Positions 1 to 12,128 are shown, numbered from the stretch's first letter. The stretch is DNA of 53,064 bases from Octopus bimaculoides (GCF_001194135.2 NC_068982.1:167556274-167609337), one strand, 5' to 3'. The notes: a model not told the origin generated them from the letters alone. Made by a program: numbers and translations.

Positions 1-20
1 ACCTGGGGAGGGGGCTTATG

Positions 21-232
21 TTAGAGTATGTTGAGCTGTGGTCTGTATTTTTGAATAAGATTATTTTCCCTATTTATTCGTGTTTGGTCAGTGGTGTTGT
101 CTGAGCATTGGTATAATGGGAAAACTAGGAATTTGGGGGACTTGTTTTGTGCACAGAGATCTAAGTGCCCACTGAGTGGTATCTGTCTTGTGGTGGGATC
201 CCTCAATTGTTGGCGGTGGACTGTCATCCTTT

Positions 233-237
<5 letters not shown>
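21..237 (-). mobile_element. Penelope-like element, C-terminal part of the GIY-YIG endonuclease ORF (remnant)
   Basis: Minus-strand translation RMTVHRQQLRDPTTRQIPLSGHLDLC...KFLVFPLYQC...RINRENNLIQKYRPQLN* fits the PLE GIY-YIG tail pattern (R.TVH.QQI.....HL..C..F..FP.Y....R...E...I....P.LN). Truncated upstream by (TA)n at about 238-263. Confidence 0.7.
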
Positions 238-272
<35 letters not shown>

Positions 273-284
273 TATGTGTGTGTA

Positions 285-490
285 AGTGTGTGTGTTGTGT
301 GTCCCACCATTGCCTGACAATCAGTGTTGGTGAGTGTATTTCCACGTAACTTTGCTGTTTGAAGAGACCGATAGAAAAAGTACAGGCTTCAAAATAATGT
401 GCCGGGGTCGATTCATTCAACTAAAAATTCTTCAGGGTGGTGCTCTAGCATAATCACAGTCTAATGACGGAAAGAAGTAAAGGATATAAG
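285..490 (+). mobile_element. SINE family A, 3' half (diverged)
   Basis: tgtcccaccattgcctgacaatcagtgttgg...ggggtcgattcattcaactaaa...ggtggtgctctagcat...agtctaatgacggaaagaagtaaa is colinear with the 3' halves at 13403-13614 and 28329-28541; preceded by (TA)n/(TG)n. Confidence 0.75.
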
Positions 491-585
491 GTCTACACAC
501 ACACACACACATATATATATATTATGTAATAATATATATGTATGTATATATATTATGTAATAATTATAATGATAACAGCAACAGT

Positions 586-796
586 GGTTTTAATTGCAAG
601 GCCAACAATTTTGGTGGGAGGGGCTACATCGATTACATTGACCCCAGTTTTGTAACTGGTATTTATTTTATCGAACCCGAAAGGATGAAAAGCAAAGTCG
701 ACCTCAGCGGAATTTGAACTCAGAACGTTAAGACAGACGAAATGCCGCTAAGCATTTTGCCCGGTGTGCTGGTGATTCTGCCAGTTCGCCGTCTTA
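586..796 (-). mobile_element. SINE family B
   Basis: Reverse complement has a tRNA-like head with B-box GAGTTCAAATTCC, then the core gaggtcgactttgcttttcatcctttcggg..cgataaa shared by at least 12 copies in the window. Confidence 0.85.
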
Positions 797-1512
797 CATG
801 TTTATCTAATATTATGATTACTTCTGCTTTAAGTAGCTGTCAGAAAGAGAAAACAGTGTCTGAGTTTAGCTCAGATCTGCACACAGATGGGTTTGCTACA
901 TGTGCATCGCTTCCTTTATCATGATAACTGTTTGGATACCTCAATGGAGAGAAATTCTCAAGTTCTCTCAATAACATATTGTTATCATTTGAAATTGGCA
1001 CGATGCATAAGATACCTTTTTCTTACCTTAACGATCTTTGATAATGATTCCTGAGCGAATTTACTCTAATCTCCATGGTTGTGTGAAGTGGTTGATCCAA
1101 AGTATAGATATAGACGTTCACTGACACTTTTGTAGTATATGCTTCTCTTGATTCTTATAAACAATATGTTTTCTTTTATGTTTTTCTGGATAGCGGTTCC
1201 TCGAGAGTTTTGGTTATTTGAGTACCCGAAAAAAAAGAGAGACAAAANNNNNNNNNNAATTTACTGTATATTCTCCTACTAGCTCTTATCCTTAAATCAC
1301 TTCTGACATTATTCTGAAATCAATTCTGACATTATTTACAGTGTTTGAAACCTCCATCATTGTCATGTCTATGTTTTCTATTTTTGCTAAAACTGGGCCA
1401 CAAAAAACAATGTGATCAACTGGTTGGTTACAGCATAAACGTATTATTCTTCAGTTACATTTTGTTCTCGGCTTCTTTATGTTTATGGTTTTTGATTTAA
1501 AGAATTTTGGAT

Positions 1513-1513
1513 C

Positions 1514-1591
<78 letters not shown>

Positions 1592-1735
1592 ATCTGCCTG
1601 CTTGCCTGTATGTCTGCCTGTCTATGTATGTATCTATTTATCTATCTATACATACATATATGCATGCACACATACATACATACATACATACATACATACA
1701 TACATACATACATACATACATACATACATGCATGC
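1513..1735. repeat. Compound microsatellite (TCTA)n ... (TACA)n
   Basis: Directly visible tetranucleotide arrays. Confidence 0.95.
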
Positions 1736-2122
1736 ATGCATATATCAATTCATAAATTTTCGAGCATTCGATGAGAAACATCAGACTTTTCTTTTTGCTA
1801 TATGCAACATCTATTTAAATAATTTTTTGTAATATAACCAGCTGCGATGTCTATCTAAATGTTTTAGTATTGAAGAACTAGGATCCATGTTTGCCAATAC
1901 ACCTCTTTGTGCACAAGTTAGAAATCAATATTTTTCTGACACTCGTCGGATATCTGTTATTTGTTTTGGTGTCTGTGTGGCATGTGATTTCGTATTTTCT
2001 TTTTCGTGTCATTCTTTTTAATGCTTTTATGTAGTTTGTATTTCCTGTCATCAAAAGTGGGACGTACGGTGACATGTATGTATGTATGTTACTCTGCGTG
2101 TTTGCATGTGTGCATGTGTGCA

Positions 2123-2157
<35 letters not shown>

Positions 2158-2204
2158 GAACACACATATATATCTACGTACATATATGTATGTATCTATA
2201 TAAG

Positions 2205-2205
<1 letters not shown>

Positions 2206-2289
<84 letters not shown>
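2206..2289. repeat. (CA)n microsatellite
   Basis: Uninterrupted CA array. Confidence 0.97.
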
Positions 2290-2294
<5 letters not shown>

Positions 2295-2342
2295 TGCCAT
2301 TACATATATTTATAAATACATTCACGCACACACACGTGTGTG

Positions 2343-2614
2343 TGTTTTATATCCTTCAGTACGTTGGATGTACAGATTTCACGAAGCGTGGATAGACACA
2401 ACTGTCTTCACACGACCGACTTCTAATTACTCCACTAAACTCGATACTCCAATAATACAAACTCTCAGCGATCTGAACGACTTACTACAACTTCCACGAA
2501 CTCTCAACGACTCCTACAACCTCTCACGTCAAAACCAATACGCTACTTTTCATAAGAGTCTGGCGAGTCCATTCTTCCAATCCCACAGCGGTATCAATCA
2601 CTCTCGCCACAACA
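2343..2614 (-). mobile_element. Probable 3' LTR of a Gypsy element
   Basis: On the minus strand a polypurine tract AAAAGGGGGA (2626-2617) is followed by TA and TGTTGTGG at 2614; a candidate ...ACA end lies at 2343. It is directly downstream of an integrase remnant. The distal boundary is uncertain. Confidence 0.5.
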
Positions 2615-2705
2615 TATCCCCCTTTTGAGATTGACTTTCGTTGGAAGTTAATATTATTATTATTATTTTTCTTTTATTCTTTTCATCACATCTCCCTTTT
2701 AGGGA

Positions 2706-3318
2706 AGTTTAATATTTCCTCTGCTTAGGCACTACTTCCAACCATTCTGTTCGTTTCCTCTTTCTTGTGCTGCTACGCCTAGGTTCGATTTCTTGTTGCG
2801 TTGGAACCTTAAAGGTGTTGTAGAGCATTTCCATGTGTATCACTTTTCTTTTTTCCGTATATCTATTTTTTAGCTGGTTTCAATGTCTTTTGTGTTCCCA
2901 TTTTCGCCTCTTATCATATAGGTCATTTTGCCTATTCGTTTTGTTACTAATCCGTCTTCCCAACCTTCTCTTCCATTTTTATATATTTTGAAAAACACCT
3001 TGGCACCGATATTAAGATACTTTGTCGTATTTTTAGTGTTTTCTCAATTTGTTTTTCTTACTGGCAACAGTTTGTCAAAAATTGACTTTATTTTTCGTGA
3101 AAACATTAGTTTCGCAGGCGACTTACCTGAACAAGTATTTGGGTTTGGAGTTATCCTATAAACCCTCAAGAATTGTGTCAATGCTGCGTCATCAACTTGT
3201 CCGTTTCTTGATTTCTTTAACGCTCTTTTAAATGTATCTACGAACCGTTCCGCTTGCCCGTTTAATCTTGGGTGATATGGCGGATTAGAGATGAAGTGTA
3301 CCGTTCGTTTTGGCTTAA
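2706..3318 (-). mobile_element. Ty3/Gypsy integrase C-terminal remnant (disabled)
   Basis: PPYHPRLNGQAERFVDTFKRALKK...FLRVYRITPNP..SGKSPAKLMFSRKIKSIFDKLLP, then across stops and a frameshift W..G.VTKRIGKMTYMI...KRH*NQLKNRY...EPRRSSTRKRK...KY*. Possible further degenerate core codons (YGIADTI-like) at about 3437-3470 beyond the microsatellite. Confidence 0.9.
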
Positions 3319-3393
3319 ACAGACACACGCATAGACACACACATACACACACACATGTACATATTTATATAGATATATACAGATATACATATT

Positions 3394-3433
<40 letters not shown>

Positions 3434-3600
3434 CATGTACAAATGTATCGGCAATTCGCATATGACGACAAAAGAGGCAAATCTCAATATTAATCGAATA
3501 TGGTCGCTGCACTTCAACTCTCGCAAGTCCGACGCCCTTAGCATCATCCATTACAGACACTCGCTCATCTTATCGTTGACACAGAAAGTTGAAGTTCACA

Positions 3601-3746
3601 CAGTTTCCATTTACCAAATCCATTCAAAAAGCATAGTTAGATCTGGGGTTATAGTAAAAGGCACTTGCCCAAAGCGCCACAATGTGGAACTGAACTCGAG
3701 TGGTTGCAAAGTAATACAACAAGCTCCTTAACCACACAGCCATGCC
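3601..3746 (-). mobile_element. SINE family A, 5' half (tRNA-like head)
   Basis: Reverse complement ggcatggctgtgtggttaagg...gttcagttccacattgtggcgctttgggcaagtgccttttactataaccc...tggatttggtaaatggaaactg matches the head at 13216. Confidence 0.7.
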
Positions 3747-4477
3747 CACGTTTATAACATAAGTGCACGCACACACATACACCACACACACACACACATC
3801 AACTTTTTACTAAAATCTCTTTATTTTGACCAATTGCTTTGCTTGTTTCTTTCATTTGTTCATATTTCTATTGTCAAGTTTTCAAGGATCTACTTTATGT
3901 AATATATAGCTTTTAACTGAGTTATGGAGAGCATTATGTCATAACTAGTGCTACTAGGTAAATAAATTGTTCATTCCTGATTTGCATATATCATAATGTT
4001 GCGAGCAAAATGGAAGTGATACCTAAGTAAATTATGAAGTAATGATTGCTGGAAGAATGTTTTTCAGTAATCTAGAACGTGGGGCATCACTTTTCAGTTA
4101 GAATGATGGTAACAAATATTTTGTTATGAAGATCGGCACGAAGAGGCGAAAATATCACATTGATGTCTGTTATCAAGTAAACAATAAAAAAACATTATAC
4201 TTCGTTAAATATCAGCAGCAATATACTTTACTAAATACCAATCAACTCGCGAGAATCGAGACACTTATCACTCGCGGCGAGAGCGATCGTGATGCTATTT
4301 ACATTGCATTGACTTTATCTTCCGTTATCTTTTAAATGTCTGTCTATGTGTTTTCAGAGAACTATGTGCTTCGATGGCACTCAGTGATCTGTTTTTTTTT
4401 CCCGACCTCAAGTTGGTGTTTACTAACGTATGATTCTTTATTCTTCTATTTTTTTTTACTTGTTTTAGTAATTTGAA

Positions 4478-5560
4478 TTTTATCCAAACAGCTTTTCTGC
4501 AAACGGTTTCCTGTTTTTTTTTTTATCGAATCAACTTCTTATTGAAACATATTTTCAGAGAACGATTTTTATCGAATCTTTAGAACATTTTTAAATACAG
4601 AATAATTTTAAATATAAATCATGGGCTATAGATCGCAAATATTTTAAAAATATATTATTTTGTAAAATGATTTCATATATATGAAAATTGATTGTAAATA
4701 GTCGACTATTTCCAACCAATGAAAATATTCTGATCATTTATGGCTGAAAATAATAAAAAAAATTACGTACATGATGTGTAGAACATTCAAACATTCTAAA
4801 TAAAAATTAATGAATAAAACATCCACACAATTTTTTATACCCATGNNNNNNNNNNNNNNNNNNNNNNNNNNNNNNNNNNNNNNNNNNNNNNNNNNNNNNN
4901 NNNNNNNNNNNNNNNNNNNNNNNNNNNNNNNNNNNNNNNNNNNNNNNNNNNTATATATATATATATCTACCTGTTTGCCTGTCTGTCTGTTCATTCAAAA
5001 TACCAATAGACTCATTGATAAGCCTAAACTAATTTTGTAGTTGGATGAATGTTTTTTTTTGTTACTAAATTTTCGGATAAAATTCTATTTTTCTACTTAT
5101 TGAAAATTACTCTATATTTAAAATTGTCACGCATAAATACAGACATACACGCACACACTACATATATACATACGTATATATTCAAAATACAAATAGACCC
5201 ATTGATTAGCCTTTACAAATTTAAAAGTGAGCTTAATGTGTTTAATTAAATTTTCTAACGATTTTAATTTTTATATTGAAAATTATTCTATATTTAAAAT
5301 TGTCCTTTATTTAAAACCATTTTACCAAATAATATATTTAAAAATATATCTGCGATAAGGAGCACTTATATTAAAAATTATTCTATATTTAAAATTATCT
5401 TTTAGTAAAAATTATTTCACGAAACAATATTTTTATAGAACTATTCAAAGAAAAGTCGTTTCAAATAAAAGTCGTTCAATGAAGGATCATTCGATAAAAA
5501 TGTCATTCAATGGAATATCGTTCGATAAAAAGGCTTTCGATGACTTGACTTTCGATAAAA
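4478..5560. mobile_element. Foldback-like non-autonomous DNA transposon with long inverted arms built of about 15-bp subrepeats
   Basis: About 4590-4673 is an inverted match to about 5313-5394. TTTTATCGAA (4521, 4567) mirrors TTCGATAAAA (5490, 5521, 5551), which recur at about 15-nt period. Internal direct duplication 4993-5130 / 5181-5305. N-gap 4846-4951 inside. Confidence 0.6.
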
Positions 5561-6630
5561 GGATTTGGGATTGACGGTGCCAAAAAATTCGATCTGCACT
5601 ACTTATTGCAATATTACTGATGTGGGAAAAGTGATTCAGCTGTCCACATATATTACGTATGATGACAAGAAGTGATCGCTTACAACAAGGATGTTTAAAT
5701 GAATTGCATGTGTGTAGCTCTTGTGCTTAATGGATGTATTTGGAATGATATCAGTGAAGAACGTGTAACAAGAAGCTGATTAAACTCAGAGTATTGTCAA
5801 TACCAGTCATGGAGACTAATATTTTGCTATATATGATTTATTCTACTTTGTATCGACTTATTTCTCATTGATGAATGCAATGTCTGTTACAACATATATT
5901 ACGATAGAATCTGATGTGTGTTTGTGTTGGCGATGTTCTGCAAATTTACATGTTAACGTATGTGTATTTAGCATGGAGAACATCAACCTGGGAGTAATGA
6001 TGAAATTCATAATCAGCGTCACTATTGAAGAAGAGACTTCGAAATCTGCAAGAGGAGCCTAAGTTGCGTGGGAGATAATTACAGAGGGCTGACGCAATAG
6101 GAAGAAAGGTTGAATGAAATGGTTAATACGGGATACAGAGACACACTATATAAGACGAGAGAGAAGAAGAGATACAGGTTTGTTTGATGCGCTGAGTGGT
6201 GATGGCATACAATTAACTCATTTAGAGGAGCAAAAGCCTTTGGAGTTATAAATAAGCTGAGAGAAAGCAGCGATCCTGTGGTTAGAAGTTGTAATGAGTT
6301 GCAGAGTAAGCTTGTAAGCAGAATGTCTTTCTTTCGGATGCAATCTAGAACTTATGTATGTGTAATAATTGTTCGAGATAATAGCACACTCCATTGCGGG
6401 TCTTACTTGAACTTTGTAGTGAATCAGTAACTGATCAGGACTTAGTTGTTTTAAGAGGGTGAAGAGAAGGCTAGTTTCTTTGAACCAAATTAGAGGTGTT
6501 ATATTTATGGCGTCATCAGGAAAGTCAGAAAAAGATTGTGAGGCCTGGCATTTATAGAAACCCTATAACGCTTCATTGGAACAAAATTGTTTCTCTAATA
6601 CGAGCAAGACACACACACACAGACATACCA

Positions 6631-6680
<50 letters not shown>

Positions 6681-7470
6681 AGTACAGAAATACACATACA
6701 TATGCATGTTGGTTTTATTTTTGAATTTCTGATGAAAGGACAAAGAGCCGGTTTCCAGTATAGAAACAACTGTGTTTCATTGGAATTTAGAGAATATTGT
6801 TACCTATGTATGTATGTATGTATGTATGTATGTATGTATGTATGTATGTATGTACACATGAATTAACATGTCGCACTTGTATACTGTAATAACATACAGA
6901 CGCACACGAGTACTTCTCACAGATATCTGATGAGTAGATGCCTTCGACTTTGCCAAGTATATTAATTATTTAAATTCTAAAATAAATACACTCAAATTAA
7001 TTCAGCAATTAAGAACGAATTAAAAGGAATCGATTCCACTGAGTTGACATTTTACCATTTGAACTTGGACTTTGGTACATGACTTCAGAAATTACAGTAG
7101 TTTTTATTAAGTTCGTATCACTGACAGGATATTCCAAGGAAGAAGCACGGAAGGATTCAATCAGTATAATCATTTCAAAATAACAAGAGTGATGTAGTGA
7201 AAGCAACACGCAAAATGTCTTTATCTATTGAAAATGTCTTTTTAATTAGTGTAGAAAAACAAATTTAAAGCAGTAATTGCCTGACTCTCTTTAAGCCATT
7301 TCAAATATCTAGCAGGTATTCGTCAGAACAAGAACTCTTTATTTGATGCCCAGTATTTTAGTAACACACACACACAAACATGTATATATAATTTATATAT
7401 ATGTGTAATATATGTAATATATATATAATATATACATGATATACATAATATATATATAATATATGTAATA

Positions 7471-7937
7471 TATCTGTAAATAATATGTGACAATTATTCG
7501 GTAGCCATGATAAAACTCCGAGTTCCGGATGTCGAGTTCCGGAGTTCCAAAAATATATACATACCCGCCTACACGCTCGCACGTACACACACACGCGCGC
7601 GCGCGCGCAAAGAAGGTTCATGCAAACGTCTATATACGCACATGCACAAGAAAAAATAGGGCTAAAGGCAAAATACAGAAAAATTGTGAAAAGAGTGTAA
7701 AAAAAGCAATAAGGGTAAAACACGTCTATATATATACGCACATTCTCGCATGCACGCACACACACAGGTCTATATAAACACGTACCCGCACACACGCACA
7801 CATCCACAAGCGCGCACAATAGGTTCCATGTACACGTCTATATACACACGGGAAAAATGCAGGGTGGAAGGTAGAATACAAAAAATATGTGTAAAAAATA
7901 TATGAGTGATAAACTTATAAAACAATATCTCTATATG

Positions 7938-7980
<43 letters not shown>

Positions 7981-8720
7981 TAAGAAGTATAAGTAAGAAG
8001 TATAGAGAGATAAATAGCTTGTACATAGCCACAATATAGAAACCAAGTTTTATCTATAATCTCGTGGGGACCAAATACGTAACAAATATTTAGCCACATG
8101 TGGACATGATCCGAAAAGTTCAAGACGTGTTTTTCCCTTATTGTTTTTTACACTTTTTTTTTTTACATATTTTTCTGTATTTTGCCTTTAGTCCTGTTTT
8201 TTCTTGTGCATGTGCGTATATAGACGTGTGTATGTGTGCGAGCGTGTGTGTGCGAGCGTGTATGCGGGTATGTATATATTTTTGGGCGAAAGTGCGGGTG
8301 AGCATATGTGTGTTTCAAGTGAGGGTGGATGAAGATATACATATAGGCACATGTACGTGGGTGTTTGGGCGTGCATGTGTATGTATGGACTGGTGCGCTT
8401 ACGCGAATACTATGGACATTTTTACTCCCTTACCTTTACACTCTCCCCTCACTTAGCGGTCACTCTAATAGCTCTTTTTCCTTAATAATGGTCAATTACA
8501 CAGTAATTTCCCTTTGTTTAACTGTCATTTTCATAGCATTTTTTTCGATGGCCAGATAACTGAAGAGATGACGGCGTGGGTTTCCGCCCCGACATCCGAA
8601 ACTCGGAGTTTTTTCATGGCTACAGAATAATTGTCACATATTATTTACAGATAAATTCCTCTATTTACATAATATCGAGGTCTCTTTCTTTCTTTTGTTG
8701 TCTTACCTTTTCTATCAATC
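7471..8720. mobile_element. Penelope/retrozyme-like element with nested inverted repeats
   Basis: 7471-7534 is the reverse complement of 8590-8653 (3 mismatches in 64 bp), and 7549-7727 is an inverted match to 8123-8283. The right arm carries a hammerhead ribozyme. No ORF. Confidence 0.65.
8549..8622 (+). ncRNA. Type I hammerhead ribozyme (predicted)
   Basis: Core CUGAAGA 8560-8566, GAAA 8598-8601, GUU 8608-8610. Stem II GAUG/CAUC plus GGCG/CGCC. Stem III ACU/AGU. Stem I UGGCCA-GAUAA with UUUUC-A-UGGCUA (UUAUC in the inverted copy gives perfect pairing). Confidence 0.7.
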
Positions 8721-10239
8721 TTGATATATATAATCCGTTTTGTCTGTCTGTTTGTGAGCGTATAACTGGAGTATTGTTCACCTGATCGCACTGAAATTTT
8801 AAACATGGATACATGACAGAGCTGGGCGTTCCGTAATCTAAAAACATTTTCAAAATAGTTAGTTTCAAGGTGAGAATCGCTATTTTTGTAATATTTTTTG
8901 TCCTGTTTGTTCCGCCATTAAAATCAATTAGTTGCTAAGACAGCTGGTACACACGCACGCACACACATACACACACACACGTCTATTTCATATAGACGCA
9001 CATACATCTGTTACGAACGAAATACTGCAAAGCATTTCGTCCGGAGTGCTAAAATAATGCAAATACAGAAAAAATTCCTCGAATCTTTTTCTTTCCATTT
9101 TGTTTCAATTTTCTTTTATTGCTTCACAAATTAAGTAGTAAAGCGTGAACTTCGCCTTTTCATCCTTCTGTTGTTGATAAATTGATAAAAACAAACAAAC
9201 AAACAAATGCAAAAAGCAAGGCCGAAGTCGTGTAAATATGTGGTGGGGGTTTGAAGATGTAAATGACTGTGTCTCCTCCCAGTAAATCTTAGTTGGTGTG
9301 GTAATGTTTGAAATATTGCTTTCCAACCCTCATTCTCTCTCCCATCGCATTGTATTCGTTGCCAATTTGTTGATTTGAATTTATTGTTATTTGATTCTTA
9401 TCTCAAATCACGCCAACTCAACATAGCCTTCTTCACGACTGAAGATCGAAATTCACTCAGCTTCGTACTTAATTCTCTTTACTCTAGATTCAATCTACAA
9501 AATCTGTGAAATGCATTGTCGTCCATATCTTTATATATTTTCTGGTTCCTTTTGTGAGTGTGTGATTTGTTACAAATTTTTGAAAGGAAAACCTATCTTT
9601 CGTCAGATAACAATTCTTTCCAGCGAAAATAGTTTTATTATAATATTTATATTATTTTATTATATTAAATACTTTTTCTTAAAGGTATTTCAATTCATTT
9701 TAAATCTATGTTCATTCATTTTAAAATCTTTTCCGCAGTGAGTATTTTTGCATTGTTTCTGATATTTTCCTTTTGTGTAATGATTTTTTGTTTTTAATTT
9801 CCTTTCAATTTCTCATTGAGAAACGTCTTAGAAAGTGATACATTGAGTTTTATATTTTAAGTATGTCAGCAAATAATAAAGTTGATAGAATTGTCTCTTG
9901 CAGACACAATCATAAAAATATCTGGGTGCTGGGAACAATTGAACATAAAAATATTTTTAAAAATTCCCCCAAAATAAAACCTTCTATTCTACAATTAGCA
10001 ACGAAATAAATTAAATATATATACATATAAATAGAATTTTATACATTTGTAAAACTGAGTATTGATTAAATTAAGCAAACAGATTTGTTCACCTATATAT
10101 GAAACATACTACTATGCGTACTAAACTGGGAGTTCATATGCTGTTTTTTGACGTTCTAAAAACAGCTTCAAATTGGCAATTAATAATAGCTACTGTCATA
10201 GAAAAGGAAGAACACGTTAGATAACGTGATCCTCATTGC

Positions 10240-10380
10240 ATAGTGCCTAGAAATAGCAGCAATATTTCCCTCAATTCAGAATCTGCTCTATTAAAAAGGT
10301 AGGACACACTGAAAAATCAGGATCTAGTTGCACAATGTCTTAAAAAGACGAGATGGTCATGGTTTGAGTACCATTGCAAA
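10240..10380 (-). repeat. Unclassified dispersed repeat family E
   Basis: Reverse complement contains ...ttgagggaaatattgctgctatttctag..., shared with copies at 20915-21075 and 25300-25480. Confidence 0.45.
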
Positions 10381-10455
10381 CGAGTCTGTTTTATAGGAGT
10401 TCGTATGAGAGTAAAGAACAACTACAATTAGACAACTGCACATACACACATACAT

Positions 10456-10491
<36 letters not shown>

Positions 10492-10549
10492 TACATACTA
10501 GTGGGACCTGTGGAAATTCCACAGAACGAAAAAGATTATAAGTTATTTA

Positions 10550-11016
10550 CGGAGTTGTTATCGTTGGCACTCCGTCGCTTACGACGTCGAGGGTTCCAGT
10601 TGATCCGATCAAAGGAACAGCCTGCTCGTGAAATTAAAGTGCAAGTGGCTGAACACTCCACAGACACGTGTACCCTTAACGTAGTTCTCGNNNNNNNNNN
10701 AAAGTGCAAGTGGCTGAACACTCCACAGACACGTGTACCCTTAACGTAGTTCTCGGGGATATTCAGCGTGACACAGTGTGACAAGGCTGACCCTTTGAAT
10801 TACAGGTACAACAGAAACAGGAAGTAAGAATGAGAGTGAGAGAAAGTTGTGGTGAAAAGGTACAGCAAGGTTCGCCACCGTCCCCTGCCGGAGCTTCGTG
10901 GAGCTTTAGGTGTTTTCGCTCAATAAACACTCACAACGCCCGGTCTGGGAATCGAAACGGCGATCCTATGACCGCGAGTCCGCTGCCCTAACCACTGGGC
11001 CATTGCGCCTCCACAG
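10550..11016 (-). mobile_element. SINE family C with 10-bp target-site duplication
   Basis: tRNA-like head (A-box TGGCCCAGTGG, B-box-like GTTTCGATTCC) at the 11014 end. aagttattta flanks both sides (10540-10549, 11017-11026). Contains a 10-N gap with a 55-bp artefactual duplication. Confidence 0.9.
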
Positions 11017-11027
11017 AAGTTATTTAA

Positions 11028-11236
11028 CCCTTTCATTATCATATTTCTGTTGAAACACACTGTCTTCATTTCAATTAATTTTGAAAACACTGAAAAATTT
11101 AGTAAAATAGCTTAGTCATTTTAAAGCTGGTGTTTAGAACAGAAATTAACATGAAATTTTGATTGAAGTTTTTCATTTAGATCATTTTAAAACGGAGATT
11201 GTATCATAGAACAAAGAGTGGTCTTGGTCAAAAGGG
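11028..11236. mobile_element. piggyBac-like MITE
   Basis: TTAA|CCCTTT at 11024-11033 and AAAGGG|TTAT at 11231-11240; non-coding interior. Confidence 0.55.
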
Positions 11237-11329
11237 TTATGATAGGATGATTTTATTTTACTAAGTTATTTCATTTCCAGTCACAATAATATATTATATG
11301 ATTTTAAAATTTCTTTCTGTAAGCTCTGT

Positions 11330-12095
11330 ATATTTCTCTCTCTCTCTCCACCTCTTCAACAAACTTTTTAACCAATTCCCTTTTTCATGTCTTTAACATT
11401 TCCTTCTTTCTCTTCACCTTTCACTTCCACGAACCACGTTAGTAACTACATAATGCTCTCTCACTCACTCTCACATCCCCTCTTCCTCCCCCTCTCTTCA
11501 CCTCCTCCTCCTCGCTAATGAACTAAAGCGTAAAGTGTGAACGAACAGGTAGAAGAAAAATATTATCGATTTGATTTAATAACAAAAATACTTTTCTCTA
11601 TCAACACACCCTCACCACCACGATCCTCACTATAGTTATCAGTTACAAAACTCATTTCATTTCAGTTCAGTAGTTTGTTTATTTCTGCTTTTTCCTGCTG
11701 TCGACGTATCTCTACTCTCACAATACCACCACTATTCGCCTCTACCCCTTCTCTCTCTCACTCAATGTAACTGCATCCCCTGTCCATCTCTCTCTTTCTG
11801 TTTTTCTTTAATCTTACCACCAGAACATCATCTTCTGCTAAATATTGAATCCTAAACATATCTCTTTCTCTTTACCTTTCCCTCCCCACCCTACCGCACA
11901 TCGTTAACACTTCTATCTTCTTCTTTTCTATCATCATCATTATCTCTCACTTTTCAACTCTCTTTTCAACTAACACGTGATGCATTTGGGCTTAATGTAT
12001 CATTATACTCCTCTCTCCTTTCTTCTCTACGCACATACACCTCACTCTTTCGCTTTACTTCACTTCTCACTCACTCCGCCTCCACCTCTCTAACT
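11330..12095. repeat. Pyrimidine-rich (C/T) low-complexity tract
   Basis: Long CT/CTT/CCT-biased stretch without a fixed period. Confidence 0.7.
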
Positions 12096-12128
12096 AACCA
12101 AAGTATAACGGGTGACAGTACAAACATT

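Noticed and set aside
1479-2628. Long ORFs with YLSI, HTHT, CVCV and similar runs (also poly-N/L/I and X-filled ORFs elsewhere)
   Set aside because: Translations of microsatellites and N-gaps, not genes.
5600-6500. Possible solo LTR (TATA-like motifs, moderate GC)
   Set aside because: No clear TG...CA termini, TSD, PBS or PPT.
6729-6780. CTGATGA...GAAAC-AACT-GT motif
   Set aside because: Stem I and stem II do not pair convincingly; it cannot be distinguished from chance or a badly decayed relic.
7046-7110. Possible 65-nt minus-strand exon (ctgtcag| ... aaatg|gtaaaa)
   Set aside because: Weak donor, unrecognised peptide and opposite strand to the other candidates.
10636-10755. 55-bp perfect direct repeat either side of a 10-N gap inside SINE-C
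   Set aside because: Identical sequence across a placeholder gap and absent from sibling copies: unmerged contig overlap.
10960-11014. tRNA-like sequences at SINE heads (also 14010-14064, 23040-23111)
   Set aside because: A/B boxes are present but there is no complete cloverleaf, and they continue into SINE bodies with TSDs.
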